A DNA stretch of 64,000 bases from a virus. A program made the translations under genes and the position numbers. Numbering within the stretch: position 1 is the first letter of the stretch; each line of letters begins with the position of its first letter. Positions 26,805 to 36,435 of this stretch are shown in pieces. Under the pieces are notes generated by a model. The model saw nothing but the letters and a program-made list of their open reading frames with translations, was not told the DNA's origin and did not search any database. The stretch covers positions 32,001 through 96,000 of the IMG/VR virus record IMGVR_UViG_3300023202_000205; one strand, 5' to 3'.

Positions 26805-28557
26805 TCTGCTCAGGTAGGGCAGGTCTCTTACCCCCACCAAACTGGGGAACCCCTGTGCCCAGCCGCCTGATAGGTTCACTTCCCACTGCCGGTTTGATAT
26901 CAGGCTTCTTGATGCGCTGTCGAGGCCTCAAGGTCCCACTATAGGTGACAGACGGATCAAGTGTCAGCGCACTGGCCACTAGATGTGGATTCTTCGCAAA
27001 AAGAGCCCCCATACGCCTTCCCCGGGACCCTCGTCCCAGATCGCTGAAATCGCCTGTGCTCATTGCCTGAGCTACTTCCTCACGGTTTCGGGCGATGAAG
27101 CGTTGGGCACTCCTCCCAAGATCGCCTCGTCGACGGAAACCATGGTGAACCTCCTGGGCCATCATAGCTGGGACCAACTGAGGATTGGTACTCGCCAAGT
27201 CACCCAACAAGCGGGCGCCACTACCCTCTATGCCCTCCAGCTCCCTCATCAAGCCACGGTCCTTCATGGCCCGCTCTCCCAAGCGCTGAATAGCAGTGGT
27301 GTCCCCACGCTCCTTGGCGCTCTCGAGCCGGCGGCGGTAGCGACTGTCGAATCGAACAGCCTTATCCAGGGCCTCTGCCCACGGTTGCTTCTGTAACTGG
27401 GCATAGGACTGCGCAGCTGGCTCAAGCAGCTTCTCAGCATCGGCTCCGAGCTGAGTACGGAGAACACCTGACTGACCTACCAGCTGCATAGCGGTCATTG
27501 GGTCAATGCCTTGCTGGTCAGCGATGTCGGCCGCCTTGGCCATTTGACGCGCGTCGATCATGCCACGCCGGGCAAGATCTCCCAGGTAGTTAGCTGACTG
27601 GATCAATTGTGAAGGATCCTCAGCGTAGCCCTGTCCGAGGCGGCTAGCCAACGACATCGCTCCACCAAAGGTCTGAGCAAGGCCCTGCTTGTGAAGTGCA
27701 TCAGCCGATTTGGCGATGTTGGCGGCATGCGCCATGTTCGCCCGATTACCCAGCCGCTCTCTGGCAAAGCCCATCGCGCTTGCCGCTAGCTGAGCAGGGA
27801 TCGGACGCCCCTCTTGGTTGAACCACCCTTGGTTATACGCTTGGCGAAAGTTTTGAATGTTCTGAGCGAAAAGACCCTCGTCGAAACGGCCTTCATTTTG
27901 GGCCATCGTCATCTTCACAAACGGGGAAAAATCGGCAATGAAGTTAGGGTCCATCGCGCTCAGAGTAGACGCAAGCTCGGGCACCGCAGGAGCTAACTGC
28001 CCATACATCATCCCTAGCTGCTGGGGCGGCATACTCTTGACCCAGCTAGTGGCCGCTTCGCCACTCAGCCCACCGAGCCAGTCCTGCCGGATATTCTTGG
28101 GGATCTTGTTGATCCACTCCCCCGCCATGTCCGCAATCCGACCGACGAGACGGCCACTCTCCTGGAACTGTCTGCCCATCATCTCACGATTAACACGAGC
28201 TGCTTCGCGGGTCGCCGCTGGATCGCCGCCGTACCCGACCTGGATAGGCTCCATCAGATCAAGGCCGGTTTTCTCCTTCACCCACGGAGCTACGAAGGGA
28301 AGCAATAGCGCTGGCGCCGTTCCCATCTCCCCCATCACGTTCTGCAAAAGGCTGATACCTATGCCAGCAGGACTGGTTGTATTGCCTTCCCGCCCTGCAA
28401 ACCCAGGTACTTGCTGACTCTCATATTGAGCGTGCTGAGCTCGACGTTGATTGACGTCAGGAAAAAATCCCCTGAAGCCACCCGGAGGCGGACCACCTGG
28501 TCTACCTGGTTGCTGCACCTGGGCGAACTTAGTAAGAGCTTTCTTACCTAACGTCAT
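26800..28557 (-). CDS. Putative ejected protein (G/Q/M-rich, helical)
   Basis: 585 aa; N-terminal KKALTKFAQ; hydrophobic segment GIGISLLQ...ALLLPFVAPW. Confidence 0.6.
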   Translation of the reverse strand: MTLGKKALTKFAQVQQPGRPGGPPPGGFRGFFPDVNQRRAQHAQYESQQVPGFAGREGNTTSPAGIGISLLQNVMGEMGTAPALLLPFVAPWVKEKTGLDLMEPIQVGYGGDPAATREAARVNREMMGRQFQESGRLVGRIADMAGEWINKIPKNIRQDWLGGLSGEAATSWVKSMPPQQLGMMYGQLAPAVPELASTLSAMDPNFIADFSPFVKMTMAQNEGRFDEGLFAQNIQNFRQAYNQGWFNQEGRPIPAQLAASAMGFARERLGNRANMAHAANIAKSADALHKQGLAQTFGGAMSLASRLGQGYAEDPSQLIQSANYLGDLARRGMIDARQMAKAADIADQQGIDPMTAMQLVGQSGVLRTQLGADAEKLLEPAAQSYAQLQKQPWAEALDKAVRFDSRYRRRLESAKERGDTTAIQRLGERAMKDRGLMRELEGIEGSGARLLGDLASTNPQLVPAMMAQEVHHGFRRRGDLGRSAQRFIARNREEVAQAMSTGDFSDLGRGSRGRRMGALFAKNPHLVASALTLDPSVTYSGTLRPRQRIKKPDIKPAVGSEPIRRLGTGVPQFGGGKRPALPEQK

Positions 28558-28576
28558 AACTGTGTTATCGCCTCAG

Positions 28577-29455
28577 TTAGGGTTTGTTCTTCTGAACAGT
28601 TTGTCTCGAGACACCCTTAGTAGTCCCACCAGTAACCTTGCGTCCACTCACCATGTTCTTCTGCCGTTCCTCGGCCTGCTCCCTGGCTTTACGACGGTTA
28701 CGTTCTGAGCGGTCCGTATGTCCCAGGCCCGACAAACGGCGGTTCCTCAAAGCCAAGTCGCTGGCCATCTGAGCGGCGCTCTGACTCTGTGCCAGCTTTG
28801 CTTTAACAGCCTCCCCAAGCTTGAGAGGGCCCCCCACCATATCCGGGCTGAACCCAGGCTGGCCAGTCACAGGCCCTGGTTGAGCTTCCGGAGGGGGCGG
28901 TTCTGCTTGTTCAGCAGCCTTCCCATCTCCCTCAGCAGCCTCTTGAGGCTTGGCCTTCCCAACCATCTCCAGCGCTTGTCTGACGATATCCATCGTGTTC
29001 TGCTGGATACCCTTCAAGGCTTCGACGTCTCCACCGGAAATAGAGGTGTCGCCCTCACCGCCCTCTTCCATGCCTTCCTCACCAGGAAGCGGGGGGAGTT
29101 CTTCTCCCCCAGGAAGTGGGGGAAGACCGGCCATAGGGTCTCCGCCACCGGCCGCCATAGGATCCAAAGGAGGAGCCCCACCGCCAGCAGCTGGATCCAT
29201 GGGCGGGGGAGGCATTCCACCACCCCCGGGAGGTGGTGCCCCGCCCATCATCGCAGGATCCATGGGAGCTCCGCCCATCATCGCCGGATCCATGGGAGCT
29301 CCGCCCCCACCCCCGCCGGGCGCGACAGGCATACCACCTGGCCCAGCGGCCTGCTGTCCTTGCTTGGCAGTCATCGGCACAAACGCCTGTTTCTGACGGT
29401 ATTCTTCCAACCGCTCTTGAAGCGCTCTTTTGAAGAATCGTGCGTGATTGGTCAT
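28577..29455 (-). CDS. G/P/M-rich low-complexity internal protein
   Basis: KQAF followed by GGAPMDPAMM repeats; KLAQ before a basic C-terminal segment. Confidence 0.6.
   Translation of the reverse strand: MTNHARFFKRALQERLEEYRQKQAFVPMTAKQGQQAAGPGGMPVAPGGGGGGAPMDPAMMGGAPMDPAMMGGAPPPGGGGMPPPPMDPAAGGGAPPLDPMAAGGGDPMAGLPPLPGGEELPPLPGEEGMEEGGEGDTSISGGDVEALKGIQQNTMDIVRQALEMVGKAKPQEAAEGDGKAAEQAEPPPPEAQPGPVTGQPGFSPDMVGGPLKLGEAVKAKLAQSQSAAQMASDLALRNRRLSGLGHTDRSERNRRKAREQAEERQKNMVSGRKVTGGTTKGVSRQTVQKNKP
29241..29306 (+). repeat. 30-bp tandem repeat (2.2 copies) encoding GGAPMDPAMM
   Basis: ccgcccatcatcgc(a/c)ggatccatgggagct twice, plus a partial third copy. Confidence 0.9.
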
Positions 29456-29496
29456 CGTTCCATCCTAACCAGTGTTGTAGTGTTGCCTGAGAGCCG

Positions 29497-29916
29497 TTAT
29501 TTTCGTCGGGAAAGAAGATAGGCCAGGATACCGCCTGCGCCTGAGCCACCCAAAGCCCCAAGCCCAGATACACCCAAATCACCCGCGAGGATTCCTGGGG
29601 CTGCACCCAAGGCACCCCCTAAACCGACTCCGGCGCCCGTGGCTCCCCCGGTAAGGGCTGACCGAAGGATAGCGTCACCACGATCCTCGTCCTCGTCCTT
29701 CTCGCGGAGAGCACCCACGAGCCCCCCAATGCCGGTTCCTATGATGCCGGGCAAAACAGGGGACAGAGCCATTCCCGTAGGGTTGAGCTTACCAGGACTC
29801 TTGAGGCGTATGGTAGGCTCATATGACGAAGGATCGAGATCCTCCCTCGAGATGTCGTACCCCGGGTGTGTGGCACCTAGTTTAGAGAGTCTGTGATACA
29901 TGTCCGTCGGGCTCAT
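29497..29916 (-). CDS. Small glycine-zipper membrane protein
   Basis: PGIIGTGIGGLVGAL and ALTGGATGAGVGLGGALGAAPGILAG...GGILAYLL. Confidence 0.7.
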   Translation of the reverse strand: MSPTDMYHRLSKLGATHPGYDISREDLDPSSYEPTIRLKSPGKLNPTGMALSPVLPGIIGTGIGGLVGALREKDEDEDRGDAILRSALTGGATGAGVGLGGALGAAPGILAGDLGVSGLGALGGSGAGGILAYLLSRRK

Positions 29917-32900
29917 TGTTCTAGAATCCTTATAGGGGTTCTGGCATTGATCTTTCCGCGAGCAAATGCTCTACGGGCCTCTTCCTCCGTAGCGAAGACC
30001 TGTACAGGTTCCTCCTTATCGGGGGTGCTGGCAAGATACAATCCAGCCAGGTAGTCCTGCATCGGCTCCAGGTGGGTCTCGAAGGTACCTGTGAAAAACA
30101 GGTTCTTGGAGGGCATCAGCTTCGTTTTAGCGTCTTGAATGGCCTCGGAGGAGGCTGGTACGTGGATATTGATCTGGTCACCATCGTAGTCACCACCGAT
30201 ACCCTTGAGAGTATGGTAAGGCATGCCAATGGCGTCGTCATCCCGCAGCTTGCCCCACGCGCCCACATAGGCATAGCGATGAAGCGCGGGCGCGCGGTTA
30301 TAGACCACGGGCCTTTCCTTCATCTCTTCTTCCAAAGCCTTTTGAGCAACTGGCTTACGTTCTTTAACTGCCTTCAGGGCGTCCGTCGCCTCCATCCCCA
30401 ACCGTCGTAACCGACGGATAACGTAGGGTTTGAAAATCGTGAAAGCCATATCCTTGGGGACACCCACCTCATCCATGTCGAGTGACTTATCGGCTGTGAT
30501 AACCCCACGTCCCACAGAATCGACAGCGGTCCCGATGACCTTACGCTGGTAAAAAGCACCCTTGGGACTCTGGCCGACACCGATAGCGTGTCGCAGAACG
30601 CCTTTCACACCCTGCTCCGCAGACTTCTGGCTGACCGGATCCCTTGTACCCGAGATAGCCCCCACCGCTTGCATCATCGTCAGATACTCGTCACCAGCCT
30701 CCCCGAATTGCTCCTTCGCACCCTTGTAGTTTTCCCGGGATTCGAGCAACTCGTGATACAAGTAGTTCAGGTCGTGAACCACATCGATACCACGAGCACT
30801 TGTGATCGGCCGATACTTCGGGGGAACAACTGGGACCTTCGTGACCATTAGCTGTTCTGGGCTGAGCTCCATATTCTTAAGCCCAGCCAGGTAGTTCAGG
30901 CGCTTGACCGCCTGGTCTCGCTTCGTCTTCCGCCCAGAGCGTATGGTCTCCTTGGCAAGTCCCATTTCCCGATCGATATTGATCGACTTCAATGCAGTCT
31001 GCACTGCCTGAGGGCCGGTTTCCCCATTGAGCTCTTCCTTGCCGGCTAGAACAGAGTCGAGCTTCTTACCCGTCACACCAAGCAACTTCTGGATGGGATC
31101 CAGGAATAGTGGGTGCGGTATCGGGGCGGGGAGCGTGATCTTGGCAAAACGAGACCCCTCTGCACCTCCTGTAGCTTTGATATCGAAGAGCCCACCCGGT
31201 ACAGGTTTCATTGTTTCGAAATTGAACGTACCAGGATTCTCAACCTCATGATCTGCCAAGGTATCCACTTGGTCGTCCGTCAGAGGTGTTAGTTGAGAAC
31301 GTGTGCCTTTCTCCCGGACATTAACCCCGGCTCCGCGAAGCAGATCCTTGAAGCGCTGGTTGGCAAAGCTCTCTGAGGGAGCTATCGGTTCCTCACCCGC
31401 GCGAATGGCTCGCCAGTAGTCATCATTGCGCTGCCCACGGACTAGTTTGGCGTCACGTAAGAAGTTGGTAGCCCCCGCCGCAAGCAGCGCGTGAGCATCA
31501 AGCATGCTAATCCGCTTACTACCTTCTTTGCCACCCTTGGCCGGGATGCCCTCAGTCGTATACGTACCAACATCTCGAGCGCCAAGTTTGCTTTCAGCCA
31601 TGTGATGGAGCTTCATGAAGTAGCTCTCGCCAGTAAACACATTCGGGATCTTGGATCCATCCCTCGGGTCCGTAAGCGTCTCGGTATCGCGAATCTTCCC
31701 GGTTACCGGGTCCTGCTCGATAACGCCATACTTGAGCGCCTCTTGAAGAGCGAACTCCGTCACGTCTTCCGTGTCAAAACCCTTCACCGCGTAAGGTTTG
31801 CCGCGCTTACGGGCAGCTTTGCCCAGTAGCGACTCGGCTAAGGCGCCCGGATTGGTACGACTAACGATACCCAGGGCGTTGGCGATTACCTCAATGGGGC
31901 GCCCCTCTGAGTCGAGTGGCATTTGATCATCCGGCCGGATCTCCGAGATAACGCCTTTGTTGCCAAAACGACCTGACAGCTTATCTGCACCACGCATGGC
32001 GTCATACGACTTCACGGTAACCTTGATTCCCTTGGGTGTACGATTTACGTCCGTCACCACCCCAGGGGCGTGGTGGTCCCACCGCTGGGCATGGTCGGTC
32101 GTAGTCGATCGAGGGCTGCTCATCAGCGCGCCAACAGCCTTCTTGCCCTTCTTACCAAACCCCAGAATAATCGGATCCCCTGGCTGCAACTCAGCCCCTA
32201 CCTTTATGACACCGTCATCCCCGATCTTTTTGTACTGATCGGCATCAAACTTGTCACTGTAGATCGCCTGATACGACTTCTTATCTGTCGAGTCCACATC
32301 AGAAAGGTCCAAGTCGCTCTTGTAGAGGGCCTCGCTAGTCAACTTCTTAGCAGCACTTTCGCTGATGACGAAAGCGTCTTCAATGGTATCCCCCTCAGCA
32401 GCCATGAAAGCTACCCGCAAGTTGCGGCCAATAGCTGCAGTACCCTTGTCGTCAGTGAAGTTCGACTTGGCAAGCAACTGACCAGGCGTGACAAAGTCGC
32501 CCTTCTTCACCAATGGGGTGTTATGGATCATCGTTTTACGCGCTGACGGGTAATTGTTGTACAGGTCGACAACCTTGTTTTTACCATCAGCTGTACGGAT
32601 CTTGACCTCATCAGGGGTCACGGCGATTACCGTACCCTGCACAGGCGTATAGGCCGCACCCACATAACGCCCCATGGCCTCATGGGTATTCTCTCCGCCA
32701 GGTCCCTTGGTCTGTACTAGAGGTGCCTCCGGCTCTCGCAGTGGCATTGCCTGCTGCGTCATTCGAGCCCCCATCAACAGACGCTGGCCCTTGATGGACT
32801 GCGGGAAAGGAATCATCGCCGTAGCCCGAGACATCATATTCCCAGGGTCTGGGATGGCGTAGTCCACCTCCTCTTTGGGGACATACTGGATTTTGTCGTC

Positions 32901-34379
32901 CTTGATGGCTGGGACCCGTTTGGCGTCCTTTTCCATCTCACCAGGGAATGAGATCACTTTGGTAGAAAGTGTTCGCGCGGACACAACTTCTTCTTCGCCC
33001 GTCTTGATATTCCTTACCGGGGTGTATAGCTGGTTATCGCTCCCCTTCAGGGCTGCATCTGTCGCTCGAAGATCCAAGCCCAACTTGCTGGACTCCGGAC
33101 CTCGGACAGGGTCGATAACGCCAATGTAGCTCGCCTGTACTCCACGAGCACCTCGGCTGACAGCCTGCTCGCTTGAGATGCCACCCTCCCCCATGCGTGT
33201 AATGGCTTGTCGCTGATCATGCACTTCGAACGGGTTGATGTCCTCAACGGAAAGCGCAAGGCCTGAGCCCTCGAAAAGGGATCCAATGTTCTTATCCATA
33301 ACGCCAGTAGGGATCTTCATCTTACCTTGCCTAGCTGACCGCCAGAGCAACTTACGTAGCGTGCCCGCAGGATCTCGCTGCAAACGCTCCCGGATGTAAT
33401 CCTCAGCACCATGGATCGACTGGAAGGCAGGAGAGTCCCGGTTGTCGCTCTTCTCCTCGTTCCTGGCTACGCGGATCACTTTACCCGTGGCGTCCAACAA
33501 CGTGCCGGTTGATAACTGGTCGATCGCCTTGCCAAGTGTCAACTCGGTAGTCTCAGGGTCTACCTGGGCTTTATCTAGAATATCACGGAAAGCTTCGGGA
33601 AGCAGGTCTTCGTCGACGTCGGTCTTCTGCGACCCCAACTTTCCCACCACCTTCTTGAGATCCTTGATGTCGTTGGCCGAAGGCGCTCGGTAGTTCTTGT
33701 TGTAAAGCTCCTCTCCCCAGCGCTTCTTGATGTCCTCATCCGAAACGCCTAGCTGACGAAGAAGTGGATAGAGCCTCGTCGTCGACTGACCGATCTGCAT
33801 CTTGAAAAGACCGGTCTTCGGTTCGAGCAAGATACGGAAGGCTCGCCCGGTACCGGGCTTGATGTTGAAGTGACTCTCAGTGCCCCCATCTGCGCGGGGA
33901 CGAGTGTAGACCCCCGGTCGAAGGCGTGCCTGGTTCCGCAAAGACCAGACCACCCCTTTACGAATGAAGACACCACGGCTATTCAAATGTGGGATGCGAG
34001 CCAACGTAACACGCTGCTCGTCAATTGGGGTCTCGGTAGCCTTGTCTACAAGACGTACCGTACCTCTCAGTGGACGATGCAGGGAAGTTCCCTGCATGAT
34101 CATCTCTTTCTCGTCACGCTTAGCTGGCGTGAAAGGTCCCTCGTAGCCAACATCCGTCACTTCCAGACGGTGTGTCGCATTTTCAACAGGTTTCATTCCC
34201 TGCAAGGCTTCGACGGCAGAGTTATAGATGTCCTCCCGTTGGGTATCCGAGTCATCAAAACGCCGCAACCGAACTGGGCGCGGAGCAGCCACAGGGCTCT
34301 GACTGGCTAGATTACCTGGCTGTACCGGATCCAGTGGAGCTGGAGGGTTTATAGGATCCAGCGGAGAAGCTAGAGCCAT
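29913..34379 (-). CDS. rpoB: RNA polymerase beta subunit fused to the N-terminal half of beta'
   Basis: Beta motifs IPHL..RGVF, GEGGIS...R.V..SYIG.IDPV..PE...GL, QRLLMGARM.QQAMPL, DKLSGRFGNKGVIS and YFMKLHH. Then beta' motifs GGLFD, VDSVGRGVI, NRAPALHR and catalytic GGDYDGDQINIHVP (30177-30191). Confidence 0.95.
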   Translation of the reverse strand: MALASPLDPINPPAPLDPVQPGNLASQSPVAAPRPVRLRRFDDSDTQREDIYNSAVEALQGMKPVENATHRLEVTDVGYEGPFTPAKRDEKEMIMQGTSLHRPLRGTVRLVDKATETPIDEQRVTLARIPHLNSRGVFIRKGVVWSLRNQARLRPGVYTRPRADGGTESHFNIKPGTGRAFRILLEPKTGLFKMQIGQSTTRLYPLLRQLGVSDEDIKKRWGEELYNKNYRAPSANDIKDLKKVVGKLGSQKTDVDEDLLPEAFRDILDKAQVDPETTELTLGKAIDQLSTGTLLDATGKVIRVARNEEKSDNRDSPAFQSIHGAEDYIRERLQRDPAGTLRKLLWRSARQGKMKIPTGVMDKNIGSLFEGSGLALSVEDINPFEVHDQRQAITRMGEGGISSEQAVSRGARGVQASYIGVIDPVRGPESSKLGLDLRATDAALKGSDNQLYTPVRNIKTGEEEVVSARTLSTKVISFPGEMEKDAKRVPAIKDDKIQYVPKEEVDYAIPDPGNMMSRATAMIPFPQSIKGQRLLMGARMTQQAMPLREPEAPLVQTKGPGGENTHEAMGRYVGAAYTPVQGTVIAVTPDEVKIRTADGKNKVVDLYNNYPSARKTMIHNTPLVKKGDFVTPGQLLAKSNFTDDKGTAAIGRNLRVAFMAAEGDTIEDAFVISESAAKKLTSEALYKSDLDLSDVDSTDKKSYQAIYSDKFDADQYKKIGDDGVIKVGAELQPGDPIILGFGKKGKKAVGALMSSPRSTTTDHAQRWDHHAPGVVTDVNRTPKGIKVTVKSYDAMRGADKLSGRFGNKGVISEIRPDDQMPLDSEGRPIEVIANALGIVSRTNPGALAESLLGKAARKRGKPYAVKGFDTEDVTEFALQEALKYGVIEQDPVTGKIRDTETLTDPRDGSKIPNVFTGESYFMKLHHMAESKLGARDVGTYTTEGIPAKGGKEGSKRISMLDAHALLAAGATNFLRDAKLVRGQRNDDYWRAIRAGEEPIAPSESFANQRFKDLLRGAGVNVREKGTRSQLTPLTDDQVDTLADHEVENPGTFNFETMKPVPGGLFDIKATGGAEGSRFAKITLPAPIPHPLFLDPIQKLLGVTGKKLDSVLAGKEELNGETGPQAVQTALKSINIDREMGLAKETIRSGRKTKRDQAVKRLNYLAGLKNMELSPEQLMVTKVPVVPPKYRPITSARGIDVVHDLNYLYHELLESRENYKGAKEQFGEAGDEYLTMMQAVGAISGTRDPVSQKSAEQGVKGVLRHAIGVGQSPKGAFYQRKVIGTAVDSVGRGVITADKSLDMDEVGVPKDMAFTIFKPYVIRRLRRLGMEATDALKAVKERKPVAQKALEEEMKERPVVYNRAPALHRYAYVGAWGKLRDDDAIGMPYHTLKGIGGDYDGDQINIHVPASSEAIQDAKTKLMPSKNLFFTGTFETHLEPMQDYLAGLYLASTPDKEEPVQVFATEEEARRAFARGKINARTPIRILEQ

Positions 34380-34384
34380 GGCCG

Positions 34385-35341
34385 TTAAAACCAGTTAGGG
34401 GCTGGTTGACGAGAAGCCGTATTGTCCTTCGCCTGCTGCGCAGGGCTACCTGGTTGGTCGACCACTTGTACAGGCACCGGCATAGCCACCGGAGCAGCTG
34501 GGGCCTCTGGCACCGGAACTGCTTGCCTAGCCTCCTCTTCCTCCTCGTCCTCTTCCCGAAGAGCCTCACGAAGGACAGGTACCATAGACAGTTGAGGAGT
34601 AGTAGCTTTCCTGCTGGAAAGGTACTGCTTGATCCGCTGGGCCTTGGTAGCCGAAGGGCTACTACGACGGGCCTGCTGATACCCCGACAAAGCTCCAAAG
34701 GTCAGACCACCACCTACCAGAGACGCCAGGATCCAAGGGAGATCAGACAACCCGACGGCCGCCTGCTTCTGCTGGCCAGCTGGCTGACTGAAGTAAGCGT
34801 CCTCGGCGGCCTTCATCGTGCCGTAGACTTTTTCGTCTTCATCTCGTGGGCGGTCGTTGAGCAGTCCACTAATGCGCTCACGAACCCTGTTGATGTCACT
34901 ACTTGCAGCCTGCTGCCGCATCTTGTCAACCAACAGGTCGGTGAGATACCACCCAAGAAGGCCTCCCCCAGTAGCCGCTGCGCCAAGACCAAGTCCGCCG
35001 AGCATAGTCGGGGACGTCTGGTGCACCGGTACCGCCGCAGGCGTTTTGGCAGCGGCTGCCTTAGAAAGCAACTTACGGACTTTCATTCCCCGCCTACGCA
35101 GCTGTTCCGCCTCCTCCGGGGTCACCTCTACAGGGATCTCCGTAACAGTCGACTTGGGCCGTTTAATCCTGGCAGCCCCCTCAGTCGGCTCATCCCGCGA
35201 CAAGTCGAACAGGTTACGAATAAGACGAGCACCACCGCCAAGTGCCGCCCCTCCCAGCAAGGCTGTAGGGAGACTCCCCCACATGTAACCGGGGTCTGTC
35301 GTGTCAGCCATGTGAGGCTTTTTAAGGACCAGGTCCGACAT
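34385..35341 (-). CDS. Putative ejected protein with three glycine-zipper segments
   Basis: ALLGGAALGGGA, LGGLGLGAAATGGGLLGW and ILASLVGGGLTFGAL, separated by KAAA, KAAE and KQAA. Confidence 0.65.
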   Translation of the reverse strand: MSDLVLKKPHMADTTDPGYMWGSLPTALLGGAALGGGARLIRNLFDLSRDEPTEGAARIKRPKSTVTEIPVEVTPEEAEQLRRRGMKVRKLLSKAAAAKTPAAVPVHQTSPTMLGGLGLGAAATGGGLLGWYLTDLLVDKMRQQAASSDINRVRERISGLLNDRPRDEDEKVYGTMKAAEDAYFSQPAGQQKQAAVGLSDLPWILASLVGGGLTFGALSGYQQARRSSPSATKAQRIKQYLSSRKATTPQLSMVPVLREALREEDEEEEEARQAVPVPEAPAAPVAMPVPVQVVDQPGSPAQQAKDNTASRQPAPNWF

Positions 35342-35346
35342 GAGCG

Positions 35347-35706
35347 CTACCTCTTCTCAGAGGGTACTTTATACTTCCTGTCCGCCCAGCGCAACAGAGC
35401 CACAAACTTGCCTGAAGATTCCTGAAACTCCGTACGGTGCTCACAAAGCACTGCGTGACCGTCCGCAATTTGCTGCCAGATACGCTCGTACTTCTCGAGA
35501 TCTCCGCCCTCACCAGAGTCTGAAAGGTCGAAAACCCGCACGCGGGCAACCCAGTGCTCCTGGATCTGCTTTTCCGAAGGGGTTTGCTTGTCAACCAGCG
35601 GTAGCTCGTCGACCCCAGCAGGCACTTCAACCAGTGGAGGTGGTTGGTAGCGGCTAGTGGGTATCCCCTTGGGGAGCTTCAAAGATTGTGCCATGCCGTT
35701 ATGCAT
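35347..35706 (-). CDS. Hypothetical protein
   Basis: 119-aa ORF in operon context. Confidence 0.6.
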   Translation of the reverse strand: MHNGMAQSLKLPKGIPTSRYQPPPLVEVPAGVDELPLVDKQTPSEKQIQEHWVARVRVFDLSDSGEGGDLEKYERIWQQIADGHAVLCEHRTEFQESSGKFVALLRWADRKYKVPSEKR

Positions 35707-35721
35707 GTGGGAAGACTAACT

Positions 35722-36435
35722 CTAGCGCTTACGCTTAGCAAGAACCTTGCGCAGCTGGACATTGCGGTTGTCAGCCCTCAACCGATCAAGCTGCTCCTCC
35801 AGAAGCATCCGCTTGACCTTGAGCCGAGTGAGCTCCTCATCACCTTCATCCGGGGCATCCGCGAAGCCAGCCATCGTACCAGCTGTCTGACCCATCCCTG
35901 TCAAAGCCTTCGCTGCTGAGCGGGGCAGCGAAAGCAGGTCCGCCGGATTGAGAGCCAGTACGGGCACAAAGGCGTCCTTCTCCAGCTTCCCCCGGTCTTC
36001 CAAAAGCCCAAGATCCCTGGCCGCCTTGAGAAAGCCTAGACGGAAAGCGTGCTTTCGCTGTTCGGCCACCTTAGGAAGCAGCCGTTCCCTGCGCTCGAGA
36101 TCTGCTTTCTCCTGGTCTTCCGCCCACTTGATGGCGCCTGTATTCATCGCTGCACCCGCTCCCATAGCTGCTGTCTCCAGCTTATCCGCAAAACTGCTGG
36201 GTAATCCGAAAGCCTTGCTCGCCCCACGAGCTACCCCGGCACCCAGCCCAGCCCCGAAAACACCGTGAATTACGTCCTTGAAAGTCCACCTTCGAGGCTT
36301 TGGTTTTTCTTGTGAAGCCAGGTCGTCCCACCTCATCAGCTCGCGAGACTTGTCGGCAAGGTTGCCTGGTCCAGAAACGATATCGTCTCGGGACTCCATG
36401 GCGTCGTAATAGCGAGCAGCGTCCGCGTAAGTCAT
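35722..36435 (-). CDS. Glycine-zipper protein with AF.LGF.K.ARDLGL motif
   Basis: GVFGAGLGAGVA, AAMGAGAA, KWAE, KHAF and KDAF. Confidence 0.65.
   Translation of the reverse strand: MTYADAARYYDAMESRDDIVSGPGNLADKSRELMRWDDLASQEKPKPRRWTFKDVIHGVFGAGLGAGVARGASKAFGLPSSFADKLETAAMGAGAAMNTGAIKWAEDQEKADLERRERLLPKVAEQRKHAFRLGFLKAARDLGLLEDRGKLEKDAFVPVLALNPADLLSLPRSAAKALTGMGQTAGTMAGFADAPDEGDEELTRLKVKRMLLEEQLDRLRADNRNVQLRKVLAKRKR

Noticed and set aside
29913-34379. Host rpoBC operon (bacterial chromosome or contamination)
   Set aside because: The sequence is highly divergent, fused and split, lacks Zn sites, has no ribosomal-protein neighbours, and is flanked by portal and capsid genes.
34406-35425. 339-aa plus-strand ORF and the many other short plus-strand ORFs
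   Set aside because: All lie opposite well-supported minus-strand genes and have the R/L/P-rich composition typical of shadow frames.
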